Shown here piece by piece: positions 10,591 through 23,496 of a stretch of DNA of 64,000 nt. The stretch comes from Octopus bimaculoides (lineage: Eukaryota). The translations under genes and the position numbers were made by a program. The DNA lies in assembly GCF_001194135.2 (NCBI RefSeq), contig NC_068986.1, positions 44,066,390 to 44,130,389 on the forward strand, read 5' to 3'. The notes under the pieces were generated by a model. The model was not told where the DNA came from and did not search any database. It was given only the letters and a program-made list of their open reading frames with translations. Position 1 is the first letter of the stretch, and each line of letters begins with the position of its first letter.

Positions 10591-12104
10591 TGAGGGATGA
10601 TGGCAAGGTTGGAATGGATTTAGATGAGTAGAGTCCCAGGAAGTGAATATAATACACAAAGCAGTTTTTTCTTGACTTATAGAAGTCAACATTTGTTATT
10701 GTAGTCTTAGCTACATATGGAATCTAACTGTAACTATCATTGAAATGGTTCATTTTTGTGTGATCTAAATTATTTATTCATCTGAATATTTTATTTATAT
10801 ATCCTAGAAAGAAAGAAAACAGAATATAATGGAACATTTTCAAGAGCCTTAAAATTTTGATACATGGCCTTCCTAACGCTTTTGAAATAACTAGGCAGTT
10901 AACAAAAAGTACTCAATGAAACATTCTTTTTCCATTTCAGTCAAGTACAGTAGGACACTGTATTTCAAATTATTCCTAGAGTCTATACAACAGGCTTTCA
11001 TTCACAAGACATGGGGACAATCAGAGTTTAAGTTAGAAGACAACCGACTGAAAGGTTATGCGGTGGAACTGAATCAGGAACCCCATGATTATACAATATA
11101 CAACCACTAAAATCTGATATTGATGAAGTTAGCTGCATTAACAAATTGATATCCTTTCTCTCACAAGAGCCATATCAACATTTACTTGAATGCATCCTTC
11201 AAATGTTCTTAAGGATTCATAAAATGCATTTTAAAGTCCTTGAATTACATCACTACATTGTAAGGTACTGAATTGCAGTAGATTAATAAATGGTGGAAAA
11301 TCGAATGGCACCTTGATTTGTTTCTGACATTGAAAGAAATATTCAGTCAAGCATGGCTGTAAGATGAAGAAGTTCAGTTCACAACCACATGGTTTCTGGT
11401 CTGGTCCAACCACATGTGTTTTTTTTTTTGTTTTTTTTTGCTATAGCTTTCAGCCAATCAATGCCATGTGAGGAAATTTGATGGATGGGACTGCAGGAAG
11501 TCTATTGTATGTGTGTATATATATATGGCGTGTGTATGATATTCCATGCATGTCATCTAAGTGAAGTAGTGTTGATGCTGACAATACCTGTTGACATGAC
11601 TGGCTGCTCTGCACTTTCAAAAACCTCTGGAATAAAAAAAATCCCTTACTCAAAAATAGATAAGATTTGGTAATAGGAAGACCATCTGGCTGTAAAATTT
11701 TGCCTTAAATAACTCCACATCCAAAACCATGTTAGCATGGGAAAATTGTTGTCAAATGAACAAATGATCAGAATATAAGGTCCTTATCAAATTTCTAAGA
11801 ATATCATAAGAACAATGTTACTGAAGTTTAATAAATACAACTGGAGTTAAGCATAATACATAATTTGAATTAGATTAATGGGAGACATGAAATATACTAA
11901 TTAACAATGTCTGAAGTTGACTGAAATATTTCACTCAGTTGTCTAATGAAGTTGTGAGGATTGTCATGTAGTGATAAATGACTTCAAGTTAGCAATGGTT
12001 AATTTTGATTCCTAGTCAAAGCCATCTTCATCTCATTCAGATGTCTAACAGTTTCAGAAAAGGCATGAATATCACAACCCACATTTCTTCCTACCCCTCT
12101 CTCA

Positions 12105-12596
12105 CCCTTTAGCATTCAGATTACTCCGTCAAATGTAATACTTTATTCATATTGTTTTCAATCAAATAAGCAATTACATAATCAAAATCTCAAAACTATA
12201 AGATAATTGAAAATGATCATCATCATTTAATGTAAATTGTCCATGCTGGCATGGGTTGGACAGTTTGACCAGGGCTAATAAGTTGGAAGGTTGCACCAGA
12301 CTCCAGTCTGATTTGGCATGGTTTTCTACATTTGGAAGGGCATCCAGCCATAGAAAAACATGCCAAATCAGACTAGAGTCTGGTCGGTCAAACCATCCAC
12401 CCTATGTCAGCATGGGCAACGGATGTTAAATGATGATTGATTTCAATTAATCATGGTTTATCTCATAGCTTTGTAATTGCTTATTTTTTAGAATGACAAT
12501 GTAGGGGTAGGTGTGAGAGGCCAGATCTGTTTAGTTTGGACATAAAGCAGGTAGAATATTTGGGCAGGATATGGCCAGTTTAAATGCTAAAGGGTT
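12105..12596. mobile_element. piggyBac-like MITE with nested family D retroposon
   Basis: CCCTTTAGCATTCAGATTACT ... AAATGCTAAAGGGTT. Confidence 0.75.
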
Positions 12597-14336
12597 GAAG
12601 ATCTTAGATTTCTTAACTACCTGAGAAAGGCAACAAGACTACAGCATACACACCCACACTGGTGTCATAACAAGCTACATTATATACAAATGCATATTCA
12701 AGAAAAATTATTAGCCAAATATGTGGAGATAAAAAATATTCCCACAAAATGTCTACAAAGTTAATGTTTACTTTATTATAGATATTTTGTGGGTATAACC
12801 AGGACATAGGATGTATTCTACACAATTTGATATGGTAGAATGGTAAGCTTTTGATTCACAAAAATCTGTTTAAAAGCTAAACATTAGAACCATAAAACAC
12901 TGTAAATCATCAGGCACTTCACTGTTTATCAGTCAAGCAAATGCAGATGCATATGCACACATACATACACACAACCACATCCCTTGTAGATAAATATACA
13001 TTCTTTTATAACATTTGGATTGTCAGAATGAAAAATCATTTTTATTTGAATATTTTCTATGAACATTTTCAACATAAGACAATACTGTTAATTTTTTTTT
13101 TCTTTACTTATGGAAAAAGAGTGGGGTGGATATTTTAAAAAACAGAAAAAAATTTATGTTGATTATATACATTGTCTGAGTGAAATACCACATTGGAGGC
13201 ACACTGTGGTCCTTCAACGGCCCTAGAAACCTAAGTTTTACCTATTAGATTTATGTTTTTCTGGAAATTCTGAATCTATCCCAATCTGATAATGAAATAC
13301 AATTATTTTTATGATTGACAGCTGTTCTATCAATAATAAAAACATTTTTCCATTACTTTTCACACTTAATAAATATAACACAAACCATTGCAATAAAATT
13401 TCAAGATAACACTGAAATTTCCATCCTGTTTTTTTTAGACTCCTAATCAAATATATCAATTGACTTTTATTTTTTTTTTTTTTATTATCATAAACAAAAT
13501 TTCCTATTCATACATACATATATACACACAAACAGAAGCCTTTCATTCATTCTCATACATATCAGCTTGGCAGTAAATTCTAACTTATCCATTTAATGTA
13601 AATGATTTCAGCTCAATGTTCATTGCTGCAATCATAGAGAGGTCCCATTAAATACAAAACAAAAAAATAGTAATGATTGCTTGCTAAAACAAGTGAATTT
13701 TAAATATATTTTTAAAACTTAGAAAAAGTGGTGGAAATACAAAATAATCTAAATATTAAAAAATGGGGATTTTTTTTTTTTTTCTTTTTTAGCAGAGATG
13801 TAGACGTTAAAAGCAGATTATCTCCCAAGTGACAAATTATTCAGAAAATTCTTCTATTCTTCAAGTATTTTTAAGTAACCAATTTCACTTTTGGAATAAA
13901 ATACTGAAAAAAAAANNNNNNNNNNNNNNNNNNNNNNNNNNNNNNNNNNNNNNNNNNNNNNNNNNNNNNNNNNNNNNNNNNNNNNNNNNNNNNNNNNNNN
14001 NNNNNNNNNNNNNNNNNNNNNNNNNNNNNNNNNNNNNNNNNNNNNNNNNNNNNNNNNNNNNNNNNNNNNNNNNNNNNNNNNNNNNNNNNNNNNNNNNNNN
14101 NNNNNNNNNNNNNNNNNNNNNNNNNNNNNNNNNNNNNNNNNNNNNNNNNNNNNNNNNNNNNNNNNNNNNNNNNNNNNNNNNNNNNNNNNNNNNNNNNNNN
14201 NNNNNNNNNNNNNNNNNNNNNNNNNNNNNNNNNNNNNNNNNNNNNNNNNNNNNNNNNNNNNNNNNNNNCAGCAGCAGGTATATACAGAAATTAGACACTC
14301 TGGTTACTTAATAGTCTATCTATACTATTTATACTG

Positions 14337-14685
14337 TGAAGGCGCAATAGCCCAGTGGTTAGGGCAGCGGACTTGCGGTCATAGGATCGTGGTTTCGATT
14401 CCCAGACCAGGCGTTGTCAGTGTTTATTGAGCGAAAACACCTAAGGCTCCGGCAGGGGATTGTGGCGAACCCTGCTGGACTCTTTCACCACAACTTTCTC
14501 TCACTCTTACTTCCTGTTTCTGTTGTGCCTGTAATTCAGGCTGAATATCCCCGAGAACTATGTTAAGGGTACACGTGTCTGTGGAGTGCTCAGCCACTTG
14601 CACGTTAATTTCATGAGTAGGCTGTTCCGTTGATCAGATCAGCTGGAACCCTCGACGTCGTAGGCAATGGAGTGCCAACAACAAC
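14337..14685 (+). mobile_element. tRNA-derived SINE, family A ((CAA)n tail)
   Basis: GGCGCAATAGCCCAGTGGTTAGGGCAGCGGACT...GGTTTCGATTCCCAG (A/B-box head) ... GGAGTGCCAACAACAAC. Confidence 0.9.
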
Positions 14686-14744
14686 TATTTATACTAAATA
14701 CAGATAGTTAAAGTTTAAAGATTTACAATTCAATCTACTTCAAT

Positions 14745-15318
14745 CTTTTAAGACTCAGACTACTCAGTCAAATGTAATGCTTATTCATTGACACTGTTTT
14801 GGTGGGATGAAGTAGTGAGAAAGAGTCTATAAATGTTGGTACTCACAGAGGGGATGATAGAACTGAGACTCCTGGCAGTTTGTTGTGCTTTAAAAGACAC
14901 ATCAAAGTGTGGTTACCCTTGCAGACAGGCTCGTCCCTTGCAACCCTCTCCAGCTGAGCATCCCTAATCTTGTGGGTGCTGGTGCCACAGAAAAAGCACC
15001 CATGCCAGTGCTGCGTAAGAGCATCCAGTACACCTTGTAAAATGGTTGGCGTTAGGAAGGGCTCCAGTTGTGGAAACCATACCAAAACAGACATGGAGCC
15101 TGAACAGCCCTTCAGCTGGTCAGCTCCTGTCAAACCGTTCAATCCATGCCAGCATGGAAAACGAACATTAAATGATGATGATGATGATGATATTTCATAA
15201 CTTCAAGATGAGATGATTTATTTTTAGAATAACATTGTAGAGTGGGTGTGAGAGACAGGATTCGGTTAGTGTGAATATAAGACAGGTGGAATATGGCCAG
15301 TTTAAATGCTAAAGGGTT
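14745..15318. mobile_element. piggyBac-like MITE with nested family D retroposon
   Basis: MITE halves at about 14745-14800 and 15200-15318 surround a (GAT)n-tailed insert. Confidence 0.65.
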
Positions 15319-16037
15319 ACAACATTACCTGTTTGTTCCCCAACTAAATTATTTTCTCCCAAATACCATCAATAATACTCTAATCTTCTCCCATTCCTTA
15401 CTGTATCATGCACTACTGTACCTAATTCTAACTTGCTACTAGCCAATCAGAGTGAGTTGGTGTTACTACATTTATTCGTGTATAATACACAACTATCTTT
15501 CAGGTTTTAAGCTAAATAATAGGATGCACATTATACATGAGAACTAAATGTTACTTATTTTTTTCCCTTGTCAAGTGCATCACCACATTTGATGGTAACA
15601 AACTTAACCGGAAGTGTACTACCTTTAATGTACTTTTCATAAATTGTACCTGAAAGTGACATGAATGCACTTCTAGTCCAGTGTACCAGAAAATGATATG
15701 ACTAGAAGTTAACTGATGAGTATCAAAGAGTTAATAGCATTACATTATTCTATGAAAATAAAAATATATTAAAATAAAAATATATTTGGCCCAATTTTCA
15801 AACACAAATCCTTTAGAATTATTGCTGTCAACATTCAGTAGGGAAGGCCAGAATTAATACTACCATTATCTAAATGCGAACATAGATGCAGGCATGGCTG
15901 CATGGTTAAGAACCTTGCATTGCAACCACATGGTTTCTGGTTCAGTCCCACTTAACAGCATCATGGGCAAATGTCTGCCACTATAACCCCAGGTCAACCA
16001 ATGCTTTGTGACTGATTTGGTTGGTAGAAACTATGAG

Positions 16038-16265
16038 GCAAGCTGGCAGAAACGTTAGCACGCCGGACGAAATGCTTAGCAGTATTTCGTCTGCCGCTAT
16101 GTTCTGAGTTCAAATTCCGCCGAGGTTGACTTTGCCTTTCATCCTTTCGGGGGCGATTAAATAAATACCAGTTACGCACCGGGGTCGATGTAATCGACTT
16201 AATCCGTTTGTCTGTCCTTGTTTGTCCCCTCTGTGTGTAGCCCCTTGAAGGCAATACAGAAATAA
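16038..16265 (+). mobile_element. Young family C SINE inserted in a family B SINE
   Basis: GGCAAGCTGGCAGAAACGTTAGCACGCCGG...GAGTTCAAATTCCGCCGAGG with CpGs intact. AAACTATGAGG is repeated at both flanks. Confidence 0.85.
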
Positions 16266-17263
16266 GAAACTATGAGGAAGCCCATCATACATGTATGTGT
16301 GTTTTTGTGTTCGTCTCACACCACTGCTTGACATCCAGTGTTGGTCTGTTTATGTATCCATGACTTAACAGTTCAGCAAAAGACACCAATGGAATAATGG
16401 ACATGATGTTTTGTTTGTTTCTTATAATTTTTTTGTGAGGGGTATGGTTTAAGCTGAGAAAGAAGGGCAGAGCTTTTGATCCTTTTTACAGGGTTCCAAA
16501 GTTGGTAGCAGAAAGAAAAGAAAATAAACTATGATTTATATGTTATCCTTAGACTAAAGACTTGGTAGAAACCAAGCCATGGTAGAAACCAAGCCATGGA
16601 ACCTGATGCAGCACCTGGCCTTACCAGCTCCTGTCAAGCCACCCAATCATGCCAGCATGGAAAACATATCAAATGATGATGATGATGAAGTTTTAGGTTT
16701 CTCTGAGCTAAGACCCCCAGCCCTGAGTGGGACCCCTGTGCCATGGCCCATATTAGCCCATACATAAATCTGTCCTTGGTGTTGACTGAATCACAAAAAA
16801 AAAAGGGAAGAATTTATGTAGTGTGAAAATGAACTATTGCTTATTGCTCCTTTCCTGATCTAGCAATCAGATTTTATAGAGAATAAGAGAAAGGGAGAGA
16901 GTGAAAGAATTACTCACATTTGCTTGAGATGCATCCTCAACAATTTTTATTGTCAATAACTGGTTAACCATAGCAGATGTTAATTTACATTCATCTAGTT
17001 AGAAAATAGCAAAAGAATATTTTAGATGGAGGAAGTACTGTAAACTAATTTTTAAAAAAGACTATACTGTTTAAAATGTAAACAAATTAAGTAAATTTAA
17101 GATTTAATTCTCCAATTCTAACTTGAGATAATATATTTAGAGGGAGATGAATGCAATAGGTATTGGACTTTTGATGACCAAATTTTGTTATATTAACAGA
17201 AAGAAGATAAAATACAACAGTAAGTCAATGTTTGGAGGTTGTTAATGTTGTTTAGTTTTAGAG

Positions 17264-17645
17264 TGGAGGCGCAATGGCCCAGTGGTTAGGGCAGCGGACT
17301 CGTTGTCATAGGATCATGGTTTCGATTCCCAGACCGAACGTTGTGAGTGTTTATTGAGCGAAAACACCTAAAGCTCCACGAGGCTCCGGCAGGAGATGGT
17401 GGTGAACCCTGCTGTACTCTTCCACCACAACTTTCTCTCACTCTTACTTCCTGTTTTTGTTGTGCCTGTAATTCAAAGGGTCAGCCTTGTCACACTGTGT
17501 CACGCTGAATATCCCTGAGAACTACATTAAGGGTACACGTGTCTGTGGAGTGCTCAGCCACTTGCACGTTAATTTCACGAGCAGGGTGTTCCGTTGATCG
17601 GATTAACTGGAACCCTCAACGTCGTAAGCGACGGAGTACCAACTA
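17264..17645 (+). mobile_element. Family A SINE
   Basis: Full-length homologue of 14337-14685. Confidence 0.9.
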
Positions 17646-17666
17646 CTAAACTACTTAGTTTTAGAT

Positions 17667-17954
17667 CAGCAGTTCCTAAACCTTTTAGGGCTGCAGCACC
17701 TGGGCTACACTCCTAGCGCCCCCTCCCCCCAGCACTCCATTCAGCATCACAAACATAGATCATTTTCTGCAGCAAATTCAAAACAACTGTATTTGACAAA
17801 TAAAACTTAACCTAATTAACCCATTATTTTGTTGCTTTTACATCCATCGCCCTCATTTGGTCACCCCATTATCACCTGACTTTTCTTTAATGCCACTCCT
17901 AGATCTTTCTACCACTCCTAGGGGAAACAGTACCATTCACTTTGGGAACCACTA
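17667..17954. mobile_element. hAT (Charlie-like) MITE
   Basis: CAGCAGTTCCTAAACC ... TTTGGGAACCACTA. Degenerate 8-bp TSD TTTTAGAT/ATTTATAT. Left part is homologous to 37569-37750. Confidence 0.75.
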
Positions 17955-17984
17955 ATTTATATCAACCTTCACCAAATACACTTA

Positions 17985-18701
17985 GATGCTCACTTTGCAA
18001 CCACATGGTTTTAGGTTCAGTCCCACTGTGCACCACCATGGGCAAGTGTCTTCTACTATAAACCCTGGACTGACCAATACCTTGTGAGTAAATCCGGTAG
18101 AGGGAAATTATGGAAGCCTATTATATAATATATATATATGTGTTTGTGACATATTTCAACTTCTAAAACACAAACATATTTTAACTAACCTAAAGTTTGC
18201 TTATGCCTAAACACTGTTTGTGTTGATACTGCTGAATATTTATATTTTTAGAAGATGGAGACTGAGGATGACATATGTTGATGCCCTAAAGGACAGACAC
18301 TGGTCTCTGGGAGACACAGGACATGGCAGCAATGATGAGGGACAAAGACCACTGGAGAGAACTCACCCATGGATCTCAGCAATTTTACCTGCCCTAGATA
18401 TATATATATATATAGTCAGTAAATCATAAATCTGAAAGAGAAGCACACTCTAAGTTATAGAGCAGTAGAGTATTTAGATACAGATAGTTATGGCTGGTCT
18501 ATGCAGTTACCCAGGGTTTCATGTCCATAAAGTGCTTAGCTTTACAATGCCCCATCAGACCCTAATGGCCAATGGCCAAAACCTCTTTGAAGAGAGGTTA
18601 TAGGCCATAGGACATTAGGGTCTGATAAGATGTTGTAAAGCTAAGTGCTTTATGGGTAACTCCATAGACCAACCATAACTATATTTATATATATATATAT
18701 A

Positions 18702-18766
<65 letters not shown>

Positions 18767-18950
18767 CAACTGCTTGTGTTTGTCACCCCACCACACCACT
18801 TGATAACTAGTGTCAGTTTAGTGGTTCAGCAAAAGAGACTAACAAAGTAAGAACCAGACTTAAAAATTAAGTATTGGTCTTGATTTGTTCAAGATGGTGC
18901 CCCAGCATGACCACTGTCCAAAGCTTGAAACAAGTAAAAGATAAAAGTCT
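17985..18950 (+). mobile_element. Family B SINE split by nested RTE 3' end and palindromic element
   Basis: Head at 17985-18135, tail at 18763-18950. RTE end ..RMTYVDALK..MMRDKDHWRE.. at about 18240-18398. Confidence 0.7.
18484..18682. repeat. ~200-bp foldback palindrome
   Basis: ATAGTTATGGCTGGTCTATG...AACCTCT ttga AGAGAGGTT...CATAGACCAACCATAACTAT. Confidence 0.9.
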
Positions 18951-20439
18951 ATCTAGATCTACACTATCTCAGGTGTCTTTTCTTCTTTTTTTAAGACAGT
19001 AGCGTGTGACTTGAGAGCGGTCTGGCTGCTACTTTTTGCAAGTGAAGTGTCTCCTCAAAAGCTTCCTTTGTTAACTTAAAGGTTTTCAGTAAGGGAAAGT
19101 TTATTAACCCTCCTTTACCATATTCCTGCCTGCATGTTCATACTGGTTTTGAAAATAACACTGTGTAACAAAATCTTTTTTTATTTATTTATTTATACTT
19201 TTTGGTCAGTAAGTGTTATTTCCTATTTGCTTCTATCTAGAAATGAAAGGAAATTATGACTATTCCTTTCAAATTTTGCTTTTGTGACCTGAACATCAAC
19301 TTTTTTGACACTGACCTATTTTCCATTACACTTTAGACAGATACAGCACTGAGTTGCTGAAGCAGAATTTTCTAGGACTTTTTAGAAGTTTCAAGAATGT
19401 TCTGGCAACACAGATGGCAGTATAAATACAGGGATCATAAGTTCAACAGTTCAGTTTTACTTCTAGCTATCCAAGTGGGGACTATGTTAAAGAAAGTAAA
19501 ATTCAAAGGAAATATTAGCCATTTTTCATACTTTCTAGGGAGTAAGCAAATAGGAAATAACAGTTGCTATCCAAGAGTAATCAATAATGTGGAAGGATTT
19601 AGAGAAATAACTTTATTGGTGTTAAACTGTTGTTTGGAACATAACAAAATGTTTTTATATAAAATTATAATGAACAGCTTTAATTTAAATATAATCAACA
19701 TCTTGAGCTAATATTGCATTTTTAGCATGATTTCTATGACTGGATGCCCTTCCTAACACCAACTATTTTATAGAATATACTAGGTGTATTTTAGTGGTAC
19801 TAGCACTACAGAGTTTGTCATGATGTCAGTAAGTGTAAAGAGCTCTCTCAAGCCCTGCATTGTCAATGCTGGAATCGATTATCACTCATTTATAAAGCAT
19901 AATGGATGTTGTGGAGTCAGCACTGTTGGAGCCGCCATGCAGGCTGCAAGGCAAAAGAGAACTCCTATGATGGGTGGAATAGATTTATTGTTGTGAAAGG
20001 ATGGTAATGGAGAGTGAATAGTGTTGGGATGAGAAAAATGAAGACAGGAGAAAGGAGAAGACGGAGAGCAATATCAGGGACTAGCAAGAAGGGAAGCAGG
20101 GAACAAGGTGGTCACCAAAGCCAATGATTGAAAGAAATACTTCTCAATAGCTGTTAGGTATTACAACCTTTAGAAGGCAAGTCACATTACATGACTTACT
20201 TACAGATGGAATTATTTAACTACAAACTATTCACACTTTACAGTAAAAATAGTTTAATGTAATGAAAGTCATCTATTTATCTATAAAATATTTTCCTCTG
20301 CAATTCAGAATTTTAAACCAATAGGGCCCTTAAAATCAACTTTACACAGAAAATAATTGAATTTATTCAGTTACTTCAGTAAATTATTATGCATGAAGAT
20401 ATTAAAATTATTTGCTATTTCATATCAAAATACTTGTTT

Positions 20440-20665
20440 TTAACCCTTTAGCATTTAAATTGGCCATATCTAGCCCAAATATTCTACTCATTTTGCATTC
20501 AAACCAGCCAGATCTGGTCTCTTATATTTACCCTGCAATATCATTCTAAAAGTAAACAATCACATCATTGAACTCTCAACGCTATGAGATAATGTCTCAT
20601 TAGTTCCAAACAGTGTGAATAAATAACCATCATATTTAACAGAGTAATTTGAATGCAAAGAGTTG
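20440..20665. mobile_element. piggyBac-like MITE
   Basis: TTAACCCTTTAGCATTTAAAT...GAATGCAAAGAGTT. Further copies lie at about 33945-34187, 40300-40529, 49082-49310, 51988-52178, 52290-52521, 53938-54160 and 57357-57582. Confidence 0.8.
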
Positions 20666-21012
20666 ATCTAGTAAAGTTTTTTTGCCTATGGAACCAGACT
20701 TCTTTTATACAGAAGTAGTTTAGTATATTTTGAATAGTGATTTTGAATAGTGATTTAAATGAATCCAGTAGAATCCTAATGAAATTTTGATTTAGAATCT
20801 AGAAGCAAAAAACAAGAATAAAGGAATACATTTAATCCAGACAACCAACTTTTTGTGTTCTGAATTAGAAAAGTGCAATTCAAGTAATTGCAGCGAAGTT
20901 TCCATTGTAATTTCTCAAATATGACATAAACACATTTCTCACTCCTTCCTCTTCAGAAAAGTAGTCCTTTGGAATCCTCATTCATATTTTTCCCTGCAAA
21001 TGTTGATTTATA

Positions 21013-21400
21013 CATTGGATGGCACTCCATTGGTTACAACGACGAGGGTTCCAGTTGATCCGATCAACAGAACAGCCTGCTCGTGAAATTAACGTGCAAG
21101 TGGCTGAGCATTCCACAGACATGTGTACTCTTAACGTAGTCCTTGGAGAGTTTCAGCGTGACACAGAGTGTGAAAAGGCTGGCCCCTTTGAAATACAGGT
21201 ATAACAGAAACAGGAAGAAAAAGTGAGAGAAAGATGTGGTGAAAGAATACAACAGGGTTCGCCACCACTCCCTGCCGGAGCCTCGTGGAGCTTTAGATGT
21301 TTTCGCTCAATAAACACTCACAACGCCCGGTCTGGGAATTGAAACCGCGATCCTATGACCGCGAGTCCGCTGCCCTAACCACTGGGCCATTGCACCTCCA
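21013..21400 (-). mobile_element. Family A SINE
   Basis: Reverse complement of the 17264 family. Confidence 0.9.
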
Positions 21401-21807
21401 CTGACTTATACATATGCTCAAATTGAACACCAATCATATTAATTTCACCAGTGTTGGAAGGTGTAGAAAGATTATAGGAACTACTCTTCCCCTCTTGTTT
21501 AGCTAATCAAAAATATATTTTTAAAAATTAATATACTAAATAAGCAAAGATATACTAACCAACACATTTGAAGATTTTGGTGTGAGGAAGAAATTTCCCA
21601 TATATGGGAGGGTGCCTCATAAAATATCTTGACTACCTCAATATTGCTAAGGTCAATATCCACAAAAAACCCACAAAAAACTGACTCCCATTTTGCTGAA
21701 TAAGTTCATGATATAACCATTATTATAAAAAAACAATGTTCTGGAAAATTCTTTGAAAATAGAAAATGGATTAAAATATTAATGAGTTATAATTAAGTCT
21801 TACTTAC

Positions 21808-21926
21808 TGGCTCCAATCATCCCAATATAAAGCGACACATTTATCATCAATTGGTGGATTATACTCTGGCCAATCATTGACAGACAACATCAATTCCTCG
21901 TGTAACTTTGAAAATTCCAAGGGACT
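21808..21926 (-). CDS. Tudor domain N-terminal half (exon, phase 0 to 2)
   Basis: Acceptor CTTTATATTTTAG| and donor CCA|GTAAGT. Encodes SPLEFSKLHEELMLSVNDWPEYNPPIDDKCVALYWDDWS, matching P..g..C.Aly..d.W. Confidence 0.85.
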
Positions 21927-22013
21927 CTAAAATATAAAGTTATATAAACATGTGTTTGTGTGTGTGAGCACATGGATATGTTAACACTCATAAACACACA
22001 CACACAGAAACAC

Positions 22014-22094
22014 CATAAACATATTTCCTTTGACACCTAATAGTCCAAAAGCATGAGTTTCAGTTTTACATATGACAAGGAATAACCATACCAA
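22014..22094 (-). CDS. Probable exon of the same gene, frame unresolved
   Basis: Strong acceptor TTCTATTTTCCTTATTTAAG|. Phase 1 reads VGMVIPCHM*, phase 0 reads LVWLFLVICKTETHAFGLLGVKGN. No strong donor. Confidence 0.35.
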
Positions 22095-23496
22095 CTTAAA
22101 TAAGGAAAATAGAAATAGAAATCACATTTTTATTGATATTTAAGTAGCCCATCATCATGTGGAGCTCGCTAATTACATGCATCATCATCATCATCATCAC
22201 TATCTTTTTAACATTCACCCTTCTATGAGGGGTTCAGACAAAGTTCATTGAGATTGATTTCCTATGGCCTGATACCCTTCCTGTTACCAACCCTCACCCA
22301 TTTCCAAGCAAGGTAACATTTCCTTGTAGCCAGACATCTTTTCACCGAAAATTAGAAATGAATGACACCACTTAATGATTGAGCAATGTCAAGGCAAGGG
22401 GACACAAACATACATATATATCAACATTGTTTTAACATCCACTGTTTCAAGCTCTCTGTTGAGGCAAATTTTCTATGGCCAAATCCCCTTCCTGTTATCA
22501 ACACTTGTTTCCAAATAAGGTAATATTTTCCCATGACCAGATATATTTATACAGAAGATTCAAAACGAAGGGCATTGTTCGTCTGATGGTGACGCTCATT
22601 TACAACCATCATGTGATATCAAGATAAGGACACACACACACACACGATAGGCTTCTTTCAATTTCCATCTTTCAAATTCACTCACAAAGCTTTGGTCAGC
22701 CGAAGACTTCAGAAGACACTTGCTCAAAGTGCAATGCACTGGAACTGAACTAAAAACCATGTGGTTGGGAAGCATACTCTTTGCCTAAATCATGCCAAAC
22801 AAAACAATTACAAATAGCAGAGGTGGTGGTGGTAGTGGTGGTGGTGGTACTTTCAATGGTTTATTGTTAAATAGAAACATACTCATACAATATATTTTCA
22901 ATGAAGAAATGCTAGGATATGTTAGCACTTTCTTCTTTTCTATACAGGCATAGATAGGACAGATCTATTATAAAGGTTTCATTGCAACTTGGTCCTGTAT
23001 ACTCTAATCTGGGGCCTATTGTTCTCATGTCTCAGGTCCTTTTCTTTGGTCTATCTTCCCAAATCGTAAATAATCTATACAAATGATCATCAGCCTCATC
23101 ATCATTTAACAGCTATGTTCCATGCTGGCAAGAGTTGGACAGTTTGACAGATTTCAATGGGCCCAAAGACAGCATCATTCTCCAGTATCTACTTTGGTAT
23201 GGTCTCTACGACTGGATGCCCTCCTTAATGCAAACCACTTCGCATTAAGTATGCACTGAGTGCTTTTCTCATGTCATCAGCACTAGTGTGGTCACCAAGC
23301 AGCTTGCAAGACTACGAACACAGGTGGAGAGGGACACCTGATGTTGGGAGAATGAGGAGCAGAGAGAAAAGTATGAAAGGAAAGGACTGGAGCAAAATGG
23401 GTTTCTTGTTGGAGAGGACCTAAATGACTAATCACATCTTAGGGGTTTGGGATAATCAGGTGGAGCTGGAAAGCAATATATATCAAACAACTTATT

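Noticed and set aside
14337-14410. tRNA-like sequences here and at 17264, 21400, 25145, 49850 and 58842
   Set aside because: They are SINE heads continuing into SINE bodies, with no complete cloverleaf or acceptor stem.
18683-18762. (TA)n as an inversion breakpoint
   Set aside because: The host SINE's head and tail are co-linear across it.
20940-20993. Minus-strand exon candidate after 21808
   Set aside because: The required phase 2 gives EKYE* and the other frames stop quickly. No Tudor similarity.
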